Origin: Torpedo marmorata
Taxonomy: Eukaryota
DNA length: 64,000 nucleotides
NCBI GenBank assembly: GCA_977017645.1
Contig: OZ360246.1
Location: 10,416,001-10,480,000, forward strand
Reading direction: 5' to 3'
Shown here: positions 12,605 to 24,019 of the stretch, one piece after another
Layout of the letters: each line of letters begins with the position of its first letter
Numbering within the stretch: position 1 is the first letter of the stretch
Program-made: the position numbers and the translations under genes
Notes under the pieces: model-generated
Told to the model about the DNA's origin: nothing
Seen by the model: only the letters and a program-made list of their open reading frames with translations
Databases searched by the model: none

Positions 12605-12885
12605 GTCAGCAAAGCCAGCATCTATGGCCCATCCTAAATTGCCCATGAGAAGATGCCGGTGAGTTGCCATCCTGAACCGCTGCAGTCCTTTTGGTGAGAG
12701 GATCGCCGCAATGTTGGGGAGGGATTGCCAGGATGTGGACTGATGTATGAAGTGGGGAAGGTGATGCATTTCCAAGTTGAGACTCAGAGGGGAATCTACA
12801 GTGGGTGGTGTTCCCACACACTTGCTGCCTTTCTTGATGGTCGAGGTTGCGGATTTGGGAAGTGCTGTCAAGGCAAGGAACTCCA
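12605..12885 (-). mobile_element. CR1-like LINE 3' end (divergent subfamily)
   Basis: SWQSLPN...GLQRFRMATHRHLLMGN followed by a ggatgggccatagatgctgg end, resembling shark CR1 3' ends as I recall them. Confidence 0.55.
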
Positions 12886-13697
12886 GTGCTCTTTGCAGAT
12901 TCTGGTTGGTTTAGATGAATAGTCAGGGTAGAGGAAATTACCATATTACGGTTACTGCCCACCTCTGCTCCCCTGGTCAGGATGGGGCAAGGAGATGGCT
13001 TCACTGGCCTGTTTCTATGTCTCGGACAACCACTCAGTGGAACAGGGAGGGGTTTGTGAATGTTCCTACTCAACCGATGCCCTAATCCTCTGTCCAAGCC
13101 AAGTTGTCACCCACTCCATTGCCTGCCTTACCCCCTCTTGAAGCGCTCCAGACCACAACAGCCCTGAAGGAATGGAGGCTGATATCCTGCGGGCTTCTCT
13201 CTAACCTCCGACCCACGGAACATCAGAATGGCCCCATTTTACATTCTGCAAGTAATTTTGACTTCAGAAGAGAGCAGCAATGCCTTCGAGAGAGACAACA
13301 TCTGTGGGAGACATTTAACAGCAGAGCTGGTGTTGGCCATCAAACGGCAAGATGGCCTTCCACATGCCCGGCTATCGAACCTGCGGGACATTCTCTGAAC
13401 AGCCATCATAATATATGCAGCTTTATTGAGGAGAAATGGTTAGCTTGGAAGACAAAACCTGTCTTCCTTGCTGACCGAAGAACCTGGGTGGCGAACGATT
13501 CCATCCTTATGACATAGTTTCCCTGTTAGTTGAGGAAGAAGGCAAAGCCCAAGATGTCCACCCTCTGTTGGGCCATTGATAGGCAGCATGAACTCAGTGG
13601 GCTGAACAGTCTCTTTCTCTGCTCTACCTCTCTATAACTCGATGACTTCCTGGTACTTGGTAAGTACCCTGCCAGGGACATCCACTTCTAACCACCA

Positions 13698-13915
13698 ATT
13701 CAAGGTTTCTTTAATTGTCACGTAATAATGCATACAAATGTAATATACATGATATACTTCAACATTTGCCTGCCGTAAGGCAGACAAAGAGTCGCCAGGA
13801 GCATTGCCCGGCACCCCTAACAATAGGAGAAAGAGAAGCAAAAGAGAGTCCCTTCAGAGACACTGAGTCCCCGTGGATTTGCCTCCAGCGCTCCCGCAGC
13901 CTCTGCAGCCGCACT
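13698..13915 (-). mobile_element. 3' fragment of the GC-rich non-autonomous element family
   Basis: tttgcctgccgtaaggcagaca...aaagagaagcaaaagagagtccc...gcctccagcgct matches 43355-43515. Confidence 0.65.
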
Positions 13916-14231
13916 GACCAATGCTTACTAACTGAGAGATTATAACGTTTGAGGACAATTTTGTGCTGTGGACCAACTTTAACCATATCCCTCTGTGCAG
14001 GAGTTTTGACAAGTGGCAAATGACATGCGAATGGTTCAACCCAGAAGTCAAAAAGACAGCTTTCAAACACCCTGCATCACCACATCTTCCATCCCACCTC
14101 CTCACTCGATACTTTAATTGGTGAACCATTTGCCAAGCAATTTTGAATGCAGTGAACACGGAACAATAAAATCCAATTCCGTTTCCTTAACAAGAAGCTT
14201 TTCTATGTAAAATAAAGTGAAATTTGCATAC

Positions 14232-14303
14232 CTGGCAATGTACTTCTGATAAATATTTACATCATCGGGCAGAGCACCTGGCTTGTCGGAGGACAATCCA
14301 TTC
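14232..14303 (-). CDS. CASZ1: CASZ1 72-nt coding exon ([24 protein letters not shown]), just before the first Castor zinc finger
   Basis: Acceptor actag|G (phase 2, fits the previous exon) and donor GCCAG|gtatgc. Peptide matches the recalled human [23 protein letters not shown] with one extra residue. Confidence 0.93.
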
Positions 14304-15162
14304 CTAGTTTTTGTGAAGACAAAGTAAATAGAGATTAAATTTGAATTAGTTTCACATTTGAAAATAAATATATAACCTGCCAGAATATATCTGAGAGTTC
14401 TGGGTTATTTCATGCCCTGTCCTCCTGCCTCACAGTCAGTGACAGTTTCTGGATGTTTTAGTGTCCAAGTATTGAAACTTCACATTAATTATAGATTCGC
14501 ATCAGGAAGATGATGAGAAAAAATGACATCAGATTTTAACCCTTTGATAACTCTCCTTCATCAAGTTATAACCAATTTTACAGGTCGACTATTGAGCTGG
14601 AATTATGCATGTGTGTACATAAGTGTAGTCCTTCGAAGACCTATCAAAGCAGAGCTAGTACATCTCTGTACATCCTTGCTAGTATTTTGTACACCTTCAT
14701 CTTGTACGTCATTGGTACTTATGCATTTTGTACTCCTCCAGTACATATTTATACTGTCTGTATATATGTATCTTGTTAATCTTTTGTGTATCTCTAGTAT
14801 ATAAGCATGACTGCACATATCTTATATATCTGATTTCTATCTCTGTTACAGCTGTTGTGAATATATATTTCTAGTACATCCCTACTCGAAAATTGTGCAT
14901 TTAATATACATGCATCATGTTTGGTACATATACATATGTAGTTCATCTCTGCTAGTACCTTCAGATGAATCATACTTATTGCAGGTGCATCGTTAATGTA
15001 TTAACATCTTTAATCCATCTCTGCTAACATATATGTACATAGGTTTGGGTGTACCTATAAGTAGTCCCTTTCCCTACCCATCAAGCGAGGTATAAAGTAA
15101 TTGACCCTCGCCTCTGTGTCATGTGTACCTGTTGGATGTTTGTTTCGATCAGTGAGTTGTTT

Positions 15163-15670
15163 ATAGAAACATAGAAAATAGATATAGGAGTAGGCCATTT
15201 GGCCCTTCAAGCCAACACCGCCATTCGTTTTGATCACGGCTGATCATCCACTCAGTACCCAGTACCAGCTCTCTCTCCACACCCCCTGATCCCCTTAGTC
15301 ACAAGTGCCAAATCTAACTCCCTCTTAAATATAGCTAAGGAACCGGCCTCAACTACTTCCTGTGGCAGAGAATTCCACAAATTCACCACCCTCTGAGTGA
15401 ATTTTTTTTTTCTCATCTCAGTCCTAAAAGACTTCCCCTTTATCCTTAAACTGTGACCCCTGGTTCTAGACTTCCCCAACATCGGGACCAACCTCCCTGC
15501 ACCTAGCCTGTCCAATCCCTTAAGAATTTTGTACGTTTCTATTAGATCTCCTCTTAATCTTCTAAATTCCAGCGAGAATAAGCCTAGTCGATCCAGCCTC
15601 TCTTCATATGCAAGTCCCGCCATCCCTGGTATCAATCTAGTAAACCTTTTCTGCACTCTCTCTATGGCAA
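15163..15670 (-). mobile_element. CR1-clade LINE 3' fragment
   Basis: IERVQKRFTRLIPGMAGLAYEERLDRLGLFSLEFRRLRGDLIETYKILKGLDR; tail ttctatgtttctat. Confidence 0.9.
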
Positions 15671-15854
15671 TGATGTTTAAGGTAGATGTGAAGGAACCAA
15701 TAAAGAATATTAGTGGTGTAACTTTCCAGATGCACAGCAGGTGCTGCATCAGTTTATAATTGCAGGAAGATAATGCAAATTCTGAAACATTAAATGCAGT
15801 TCTTATATATTTCTGTACTTTGTGCTTACATTATAACTAAGATTGCACAAGTGC

Positions 15855-16332
15855 TGTGTATGTAGCCAAGGCCATCACACAAGTCCCCCTCCCCTCCATC
15901 AACTCCATCTATAACTCTCGCTGCCTTGGAAAAACAGCCAATATATTAAAAGACTCATCCCACCCCGGCCTCACTCTCTACAACCCCCTCCTGTCAGTGA
16001 GAAGATTCTTGAGTGAGATCTCTTTCCTGCCATTGTTAGACTCCGGATTGAACCTCAAAATAGTAAAATTATGCTGCCTTTGCTTCGTCCCAACTGATCT
16101 CACTCTGTAACTCTGCAATTTTGGACTGTGTTTTATTGTTGTACTTAGTGTATACAATAAAACTGTGTCTTATTGTCTCCGATGGACGCTGAAAGACCAG
16201 CTGAGTTCCTCCAGCATTCTGGCGTGTTTTTACTTATTGTTGTACTCTGTATAAGATGTCTAACTGGTCTATGCGCCAATTAACTTCTATTATTGCATCT
16301 GAGTGTGTGACAATAAACTTGAACTTAAACTT
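15855..16332 (+). mobile_element. Older Rex1-like LINE 3' fragment with a nested PLE-terminus piece
   Basis: LPSINSIYNSRCLGKTANILKDSSHPG; tail aataaacttgaacttaaac. Confidence 0.6.
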
Positions 16333-16818
16333 TAACAAGTTTGCCATTGCCTGGAATCACTTTGGACCGTCCTATGCCAGTGAAAGACATTATGTAAAAG
16401 AAAAGTAATCCTTTTATGTTTTCTAATTTGCCTTGAATTCGTTCCGACAATAAGTAAACTGTCAGTTGCTGGTGTTATGTCTTAAACCAACTTATTTTGA
16501 GTCATATGGTTGAGAAAGGGGCACAGCTATACCAAAAATGTGTTCATATTTTCCGCACTGCATAGAGGAAATATTCTGCAGTTTTAAATGATTTTGTTAT
16601 AATTATAAAAGTATAATTTGTTTTAAATCTATAGGTGTTCAAATATCTTCATTTAAATAAAATATTGTTCCTCATTCTTTCTCACTGAGATACATCCAGT
16701 GTACCCAGATTTGATGAAGCGCTTCTTGGTTAACTCACTACTAAAGTAGATAAATCTCCATTAATTAGTTTTTAATCAAATTAGAGTTCCGGACCCTTAA
16801 TCTACTGGTCCCTTACAG

Positions 16819-17036
16819 CAGCCTTTCTCAACAGGGGCCCTACAGATCCCCCTGGGGGCCACAGCACATTTAAGTAAAAGCCTTTTCACCTCACGTAACA
16901 TAAATATTTTTTATGTAGTCGGTAGGAGAGAAGTACGGAAGAAACCAAAACTTGACCGCTTCACAGGGAAGGGGGCCCAAAAACCTTGAGCAGAGTCCTA
17001 TGGGGACCATAGCCGAAAAATGGTTGAGAATGGCTG
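16819..17036. mobile_element. Old hAT-like MITE
   Basis: TIRs cagcctttctcaac / gttgagaatggctg; TSD degraded. Confidence 0.6.
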
Positions 17037-18649
17037 TCTTGGAGGCTGACAGCACACAGGATTTGTCAATGTGTGGGATGTACTCTTGATTCTGAAGCAG
17101 GTTGTAGATAGAATATCCCATTGAATATATTGAAGGGGCACAGGGAAGTTCTCACTGGCATTATGGCTAACAGTCAGCCCCCACAACAGATTATACCTAT
17201 TATGGTTGTCACATGGCAGTTTGTGAGCACATTGGCTGTTGCATATCATACATTACTGCAGCAACAACATTTTGTAAGTCCTCCATTAACTGTAAAATGA
17301 TTTGGGACATCATGGAAGGTGACATACAGATGACAGCCACTCCTTCTCCGAGCCAACAAGGTCTCAGTTAAATCCTGTAACAGACGCCCACCCTGGAGGA
17401 GCTGCAGAGCTCCCCTGATTCTCCACAACTGCCGCGACCTACGTCAACCAACCCAGTCCCGCTTCCACCCACTATTCCGCACCACATTTTCCCACCCTTC
17501 CCCACAATTGACAGCATCTCAATCCTCCTGTGACATCTCCTGTTGGACAGGGTCCTGGTCAGTTATTATCTGAGATATTGCTGTGTGAGCAAAGTGGATG
17601 CCAAATATATCTTAAAATCAGGGATGACCGCATTTCAAAGCTACTGAATTGGCCACAGTGTTCTGACAAAGGGTCAGTGATCTGAAACATCAACTCTGTT
17701 TCTCTCCCCACCAGTGCTGCCTGATCTCATGGCCACCCCCGGTATCTTATGTTCTTATTTAGGTTTCCAGCATCAGCAGTTTTCTGCTTTGTCTATACAG
17801 TACAGTGGGCCACGCCAGTTATGGAGAAAGTGCTAAAATAGTGCAAGCCCTTCCTTCTGCATCCAAAACTCGATCCTAGTGGGGTATCACATTCCAAGCT
17901 CCATCACCACATTACTCTCCCTAGCTAAACCCCAAAGTGAACCCCTCCCACCCTCTTAGTTTGTTCCTCCACTGAAGAGAATGGGTCTGCTTTTGATGCC
18001 TGAATTGTTTATTGGATGATAGAAACCCCCACCTCCTCCTCCCATTTCCTTCCAGCCAATCACAATCTGCTGGAGGAACTCAGCAAGTTGAGTGAACATC
18101 AGTGAGAGACAAAAGAACGGTTAACATTTCTGGTGAAACAAAAATGTCTGCAGACGCCGTGATTGTAGTTATTACACAAAAGTGCTGGAGAAACTCAGAA
18201 GGTCCTGCAGCGTCCATAGGAGGCAAAGATATATAACCAACGTTTCGGTCCTGAGCCCTGGTCTAGATTTTAAATTTAAATTTAGACAGACAGCGCGGTT
18301 ACAGGCATTTTCGGCCCATGAGCCCGTGTTGCCCAATTACACCCATTTAACCTACAACCCCGTACGTTTTGAACGGATGAAGAGTTTTGGCCCGAAACGT
18401 CTACCTTTTTTTTTTACCCCCACTGGTGTTGCTCGACCTGCTGAGTTCCTCCAGCAGGTTGTGCTTAGCCTCAGATTCCAGCATCCACCATCTCCTTTGT
18501 ATCTCCTTCTAGCCAATGCCCAATCCCACTCCCAGAGACACTCACCGATTTACTGCAGACACATTCGAACTCGGCAACCTTCTGCAGGGAAAGAAAATAC
18601 ATGGATATTAGTCTCCCAAACTTTGCAGAGGTCATTTTGCCATCTTTCT

Positions 18650-18871
18650 TAATTTTAAGTTAGCGATACAGCACAGTAGAAGGCCCTTCCGGCCCATGAA
18701 ACTCATGCTGCCCAATTACAACCAATTAACCTACCAACCCTGTTCGTTTTGAAGGGTGGGAGGAAACCAGAGCACCCGGAGAAAACCCAAACAGGTCATG
18801 GAGAGAATGGATGGACTCCTTACTGACAGCGCAGGATTCGAACCGTGTTGCACTAACCGCTACGCTGACCG
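18650..18871 (-). mobile_element. tRNA-derived SINE; a 3'-only piece also lies at 18265-18375
   Basis: Family homology. Confidence 0.8.
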
Positions 18872-19499
18872 TTTTCCTAATCCAGATAGTATTCCTAGAA
18901 AAAGGGACTCCAATTGCGAGAGGGTCGGATAGGACCACAGACATTGGGTCATTGGCAAAAGATCCCGGAGACGGATTGGGAATTCTTTTCTCACTGCCTT
19001 TGGGGCAGTGTAGATCGCAGTGTCCATAGTGTGGGCAGGCAGAGCTGATGAGATCTCTAAAAAGGGAACTGGATAAATTGAGAGAAAGTACTGTGTGGTT
19101 GTGCAGGCACCATGGGACGGATGGGATTGGCTTTTCGATGAGACAGGATGGACTAAAATGCCTCCATCATGAGGCATCACTCCATGATTCCATGCCCAAT
19201 GATCTCCTGCTTCCGCTACTTGTAAGGATGTTTAGGAGAGTGGCTTCAGCTGTCCCATCCTTAGTACTTCATGATTGGTCCATTTTCTACAGGCTGGGAT
19301 CAATCCAATGGGGCTGGGTCCAATGGCTGTCTGACTGATGGTGAAGCGGGACTGCTCAAGTGGAACAGGTGACCTTACCTAAGGTGCAACCTACGGGCAG
19401 CTTGCAGTTCAAGTCATTGAGAAAGGGACAACTGGGAATGGAAAACCTTTCCTTCCACAGCTTGGACCACTGAACCCACTGGCCCCACTGAGAGGAGTG

Positions 19500-20340
19500 A
19501 AACACGGAAGTCTGCTGTGACTGTAGTCAAAACACAGAAATGCTGGAGGAACTCATCGGGTCTAGCAGCGTCCATAGGAGGTAAAGATATATTATCGAGG
19601 TTTAGGGCTTGAGCCCTTCCTCAAGGTATGAGTGAAAAAAATTAGGTATCGAATTAAACGCTGGGGAAAGAAAGGGGGAAGTATGGGAGGGGGAGGAGTC
19701 CAGACCAACAGGCAAAAGGTGTTAATTGGATATGATAAGCAGAAAGGTGAGAATTGAATTTGGCTCTGTGAAAGAGACAGAGGTAAAAGGGGGGAGAGAG
19801 AGAGAGAGAGAGCGCTAGAGGAAAGGTGACAGGGGGAAGAAGATGGGGGGGGGGTGTAACGGAAACCGGAGAAGTTGATGTTAATGGCATCCGGTTGGAG
19901 GGTGTCCAGACGGAAGATGAGGTGTTGTTCCTCCAATTTGCGGGTGGTCTCAGTCTGGCAGTGTATGAGACCATGGACAGACATGTCAGCAAGGAAATGA
20001 GACGGGGAATTGAAATGAGTGGCCACTGGGAGATTCACGCTATTGCCCACTGGGAGATCCACGCTATTGCCCACTGGGAGATCCACGATATTGCCCACTG
20101 GGAGATCCACGATATTGCCCACTGGGAGATCCACGATATTGCCCACTGGGAGATCCACGCTATTGCCCACTGGGAGATCCACGATATTGCCCACTGGGAG
20201 ATCCATGATATTGCCCACTGGGAGATCCACGCTATTGCCCACTGGGAGATCCACGATATTGCCCACTGGGAGATCCATGATATTGCCCACTGGGAGATCC
20301 ACGATATTGCCCACTGGGAGATCCACGCTATTGCCCACTG
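19500..20340 (-). mobile_element. 5'-truncated Penelope-like retroelement (GIY-YIG C-terminus plus terminal repeat)
   Basis: PVATHFNSPSHFLADMSVHGLIHCQTETTRKLEEQHLIFRLDTLQPDAININFS, then a pyrimidine-rich UTR and the hammerhead-like terminus. Confidence 0.88.
20023..20340. repeat. 24-bp minisatellite, 13 copies (ccactgggagatccacg[a/c]tattgc)
   Basis: Direct tandem units; translates as (HWEIHDIA)n or (PVGNIVDL)n. Confidence 0.97.
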
Positions 20341-21026
20341 AGAACCCAGTTAGCCAGAGAAACAGAAACAGATCCCTTTGCCCACACCCCAAATCCAACA
20401 ATAACCCCATTGTTTTAAAGCCTCCCCACTTTTTCATCAACTCCCCCGAGACTCTCCTGCTCACCGACACACCAGGGGCCAGCTAACCTACCATGGGGAT
20501 ATGGGAGAAAACCAGAGCACCCGGAGGAAACCCTGTTGTCATAGGGAGAGCGGACAGGTGAGGATTGAACCTGGGCCTCTGGTCCTTTGAGACAGTGTCT
20601 GTGCTAGCTATACCGATGTGCCACCCTGCACAAAGTACCCAGGACCCTCTAACTGGTACAACTGGCATGCGAGGGCGGGAGAGGGGCAAGTGTCTCTGCG
20701 TTGGGGTGTGCAGCACCATGAGATTGTGACTTTACTCCAAGTCCAAGACACTAAGGCTCGTTATTCCTGCTGTGCAGTGAAGACACACAGCCTGAACCAG
20801 GTCAAACACCAATCATAAAGGAGCATGTGATACAGCAGTGGGAGAACATTTTGGCCAGAAAGGCCTCAGTAGATGCTTCACACTTTAAGGTGCATAAACC
20901 ATATTTTATGCTTTTCCAATGAAGCAAAAAGTCTCCCTTGTTTATTCAAAGTATAAAATGCAATAATAATTATTTTACATTGAACCTAACTCCATAGTTA
21001 GCAATGTAATTGCTTGAGAAATTATA

Positions 21027-21543
21027 CCGTATATTTCGGCGTATAAGACAACCTTCAGATAAGACGGGTCCCCAATTTCAGCCTGAATTTCATGGTTTTA
21101 TCATATATCGGGTGTATAAGACGACCCCCCCAAAAATACGTGTGTTGACTGAGCTGGTGTCGCGTTGACTGAGCTGTTGGGCGTGGCCGGAAGGTGAGTG
21201 TTATCATGGAGCCTCCACCAAAACAAAGAGAGAATGAAGCAAGTTTTAAGTTAAAAGTCATTGAAGTGGCCAAGGAATCTACCAACTGTGCTGCTGCAAG
21301 GATAGTGATAGTGATTTTGAAGGATTTTAGATGTGTTTTTTAACAATAAAATTTTCTTTCTAATATACCAGTAGCTTAAAAATTTGTTGTAGGGTGGGGT
21401 CTGAGTGGGTTATGGAACCAATCGAGTGGTTTTTTTGAGTAGAATTTTAAGGTCACATTTTTGTATTTGGCCTATGAGACGACCCCTGTTTTTGGCGTGT
21501 TTTTTGGGTGCTTCAGGGTCCTCTTATACGCCGAAATATACGG
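21027..21543 (+). mobile_element. Tc1/mariner-pogo (Tc2/Kanga-like) internally deleted DNA transposon
   Basis: Perfect 22-bp TIR CCGTATATTTCGGCGTATAAGA with TA TSD. Transposase start at 21206 (MEPPPKQRENEASFKLKVIEVAKESTNCAAAR, Brinker-DBD-like) abuts an acidic end DSDSDFEGF*. Confidence 0.88.
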
Positions 21544-22084
21544 TAAATCAAATATGTGAGCTGATTAACAGAGAGGAACAGTGTAGAGATCCAGGAAGAT
21601 GAAGGGTGAAACCCTAACTCAATGTCAACAAGGTCGATGAGGTGTTCACATTTGTGCCTATTGATCCTTCACACTAAAAGTGCACACATTTTCAAAAATA
21701 CCAGCCAAAAAGATATATCCTTGCATGTTTTTTAAAGCTAAAAAGGACAGTGATTAGTTGAGGAGTTAAACTCATTACAGTCATTTTTCTTAAGCTGAAT
21801 TGCCACAATCGTAAAATGCAATTACAGTAATGGACTGCTGAGAGAAAAGGTCATGAACACTTTGAAGGACTTAGTTCCTTAAACAATTACAGTTAAAGCT
21901 GTAGGGCTTCTGGTAAAGAAAGTAAAGTACCTACCCAACAGAGTCCTCCACCAATGGGTCCCCTTTCGAAAACCGACTGCGTGAGAAATTTGAAAGTAAG
22001 TTATTAGCACTTTTGCTTTGCAAGTCTGTTTGTTAGTTAATGCAGGAGATCAGCTCAGGAAGGCGCCACAGATGCAAAATCCCA

Positions 22085-22400
22085 ATGCAGGAGAAGATGA
22101 AAGCAACTTTCTATAGTGGCATAAAGATCTCCGTCTCATCTGGGCTGATGCTCCGTAGCAGTATTAAGGGAATGTTGGCTGCCTTTTGGATGGGATATTA
22201 AATCAAAACCTTCTCTGGTGGAGATCCTTGAAGAAGAGCGGGGAAATTCTCACTTCTGTCCTGGCTAACTTTAATCAACATCACCAGAAAAATATCACGA
22301 CTGCCCATGGGATCTTGCTCTGCACTTTTTGCCCGCTGCAGTTCCTGCACTACTTCAGTGAGTCACACTTTGAAAGTGGATGTTAAAGCAATTTGGGGAC
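22085..22400 (+). mobile_element. Old SINE remnant, possibly DeuSINE-like (similar remnants at about 17100-17340, 29260-29390 and 61030-61250)
   Basis: gctgatgctcc..gcagtattaagggaatg...ttctgtcctggctaac...tgggatcttgct segments resemble the Deu-domain SINE body as I recall it. Confidence 0.4.
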
Positions 22401-22857
22401 ACGAGGTCAGGGCGACGTGGAAATGGAAACATTCTTCTACTCCCAGCTTTTTAGCCTATTTATTTTCCATGCCGACATTAATGGAATAATCAAAAGAACC
22501 GTTGAGATATGCAGCGAGCAAAGCTGCACCTGAGCAAATGGGGAGTGCAGCGGGATCAACCTAACTCTATGTGCCTGTGCGGAAAGGTTAAGATCATTAT
22601 TAATGTAATCAAAGCACAGCCTAAAATAAAATGGACTCTGTGCTTTGAGATGAAAACCAATTTCCAACATAATAGGTTCATTCATTTTGAATACAATATG
22701 ATTGAAATTATGTGGCACAGTGACACAGACACACAATAATGTTCTACACATCATTAGTGCACACCTTTGTTTACTGTCCTTGCTGTGGATCGCACAGGTT
22801 CCTCTGACTCTGTGATACAGGGAGCCGTGTTTGGATTCCCTGGTCCAGGATGACGGG

Positions 22858-23119
22858 AGTAAAACACGAAAGTCTGCAGACACCGTGATTGAAGTAAAAA
22901 CACAAAGCTGGAGAATCCCAGCAGGTCAAACAGTGAACTTTATAGAGCAAAGATAAAGATACATAACCAACATTTCGGGCTTGAGCCCTTCATCAAGGTA
23001 TGAGCAAAATGTAGGCAGGCGCCCGAAATGTAGGCAGGCGCCCGAAATGTAGGCAGGCGCCCGAAATGTTGGCTTTGTATCTTTGCTGTAAAAAGTACAC
23101 TGTTTGACCTGCTGAGTTT
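22858..23119. mobile_element. Fold-back PLE terminus with a 3x19-bp tandem at the turn
   Basis: Minus arm 22858-23005, then (aaatgtaggcaggcgcccg)x3, then a plus arm from cccgaaatgttgg; the plus arm resumes after the CR1 insertion at about 23778. Confidence 0.8.
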
Positions 23120-23778
23120 AGAACATAGAACATAGAACACTACAGCACGGTACAGGCCCTTCGGCCCACGATGTTGTGCTGACCCATATATTCCTTAAAA
23201 AAAATAGTAAACCCTCCCTACCTCGTAAGCCTCTATTTTTCTTCCATCTATGTGCCTGTCTAAGAGTCTCTTAAATGCCCCTAATGTTTCAGCCTCCACC
23301 GCCATCCCCGGCAAGGCATTCCAGGCACCCACAACTCTCTGTGTAAAAAACTTACCTCTGATGTCTCCCCTAAACTTCCCTCCCTTCACTTTGTACATAT
23401 GTCCTCTGGTGTTTGCTGATCCTGCCCTGGGAGAAAGGCGCTGGCTGTCCCCCCTATCTATGCCTCTCATAATCTTGTCGACCTCTATCAAGTCTCCTCT
23501 CATCCTTCTACGCTCCAAAGAGAAAAGTTCCAGCTCTGCTAACCTTGCCTCATAAGACTTATTTTCCAATCCAGGCAACATCCTGGTAAATCTCCTCTGC
23601 ACTCTCTCCATAGCTTCCACATCCTTCCTATAATGAGGTGACCAGAACTGAACACAATACTCTAAGTGTGGTCTCACCAGAGATTTGTAGAGTTGATACA
23701 TGACCTCTTGACTCTTGAACTCAGTCCCCGATTAATGAAGCCCAGCATCCCATAGGCCTTCTTAACTATCCTATCAAC
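23120..23778 (-). mobile_element. CR1-clade LINE 3' fragment inserted in a PLE fold-back
   Basis: LYKSLVRPHLEYCVQFWSPHYRKDVEAMERVQRRFTRMLPGL; (TTCTATG)n tail. Confidence 0.92.
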
Positions 23779-24019
23779 CTGCTGTTTCTCAAGCATTTGT
23801 GTTTTTATGAGTATGACAGGAAGCCCAGATATGAATGTCAGCTTGCATGCCCCTGACATCTTCCATGTTCATTATTTTAAGTCAACTTTTCCTCCTTCAC
23901 ACTAAAATACCAAACAAAAGCTTTCCACCCAAAACATATTTGATTGTCCCAGCCTCAAAATGTCGTCCTGCAGCTTAAATATCGGGAATCAATTTTTTTT
24001 TATCCTTGGTTACCCAATA

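Noticed and set aside
1-14231. Next CASZ1 exon (expected [22 protein letters not shown], first zinc finger)
   Set aside because: No matching codon pattern found by eye on the minus strand; it probably lies left of the window. TBLASTN would settle it.
19592-20470. 292-aa ORF with PVGNIVDL repeats (and overlapping plus-strand repeat ORFs)
   Set aside because: Produced by a 24-bp stop-free minisatellite fused to a PLE GIY-YIG remnant and UTR; not a host gene.
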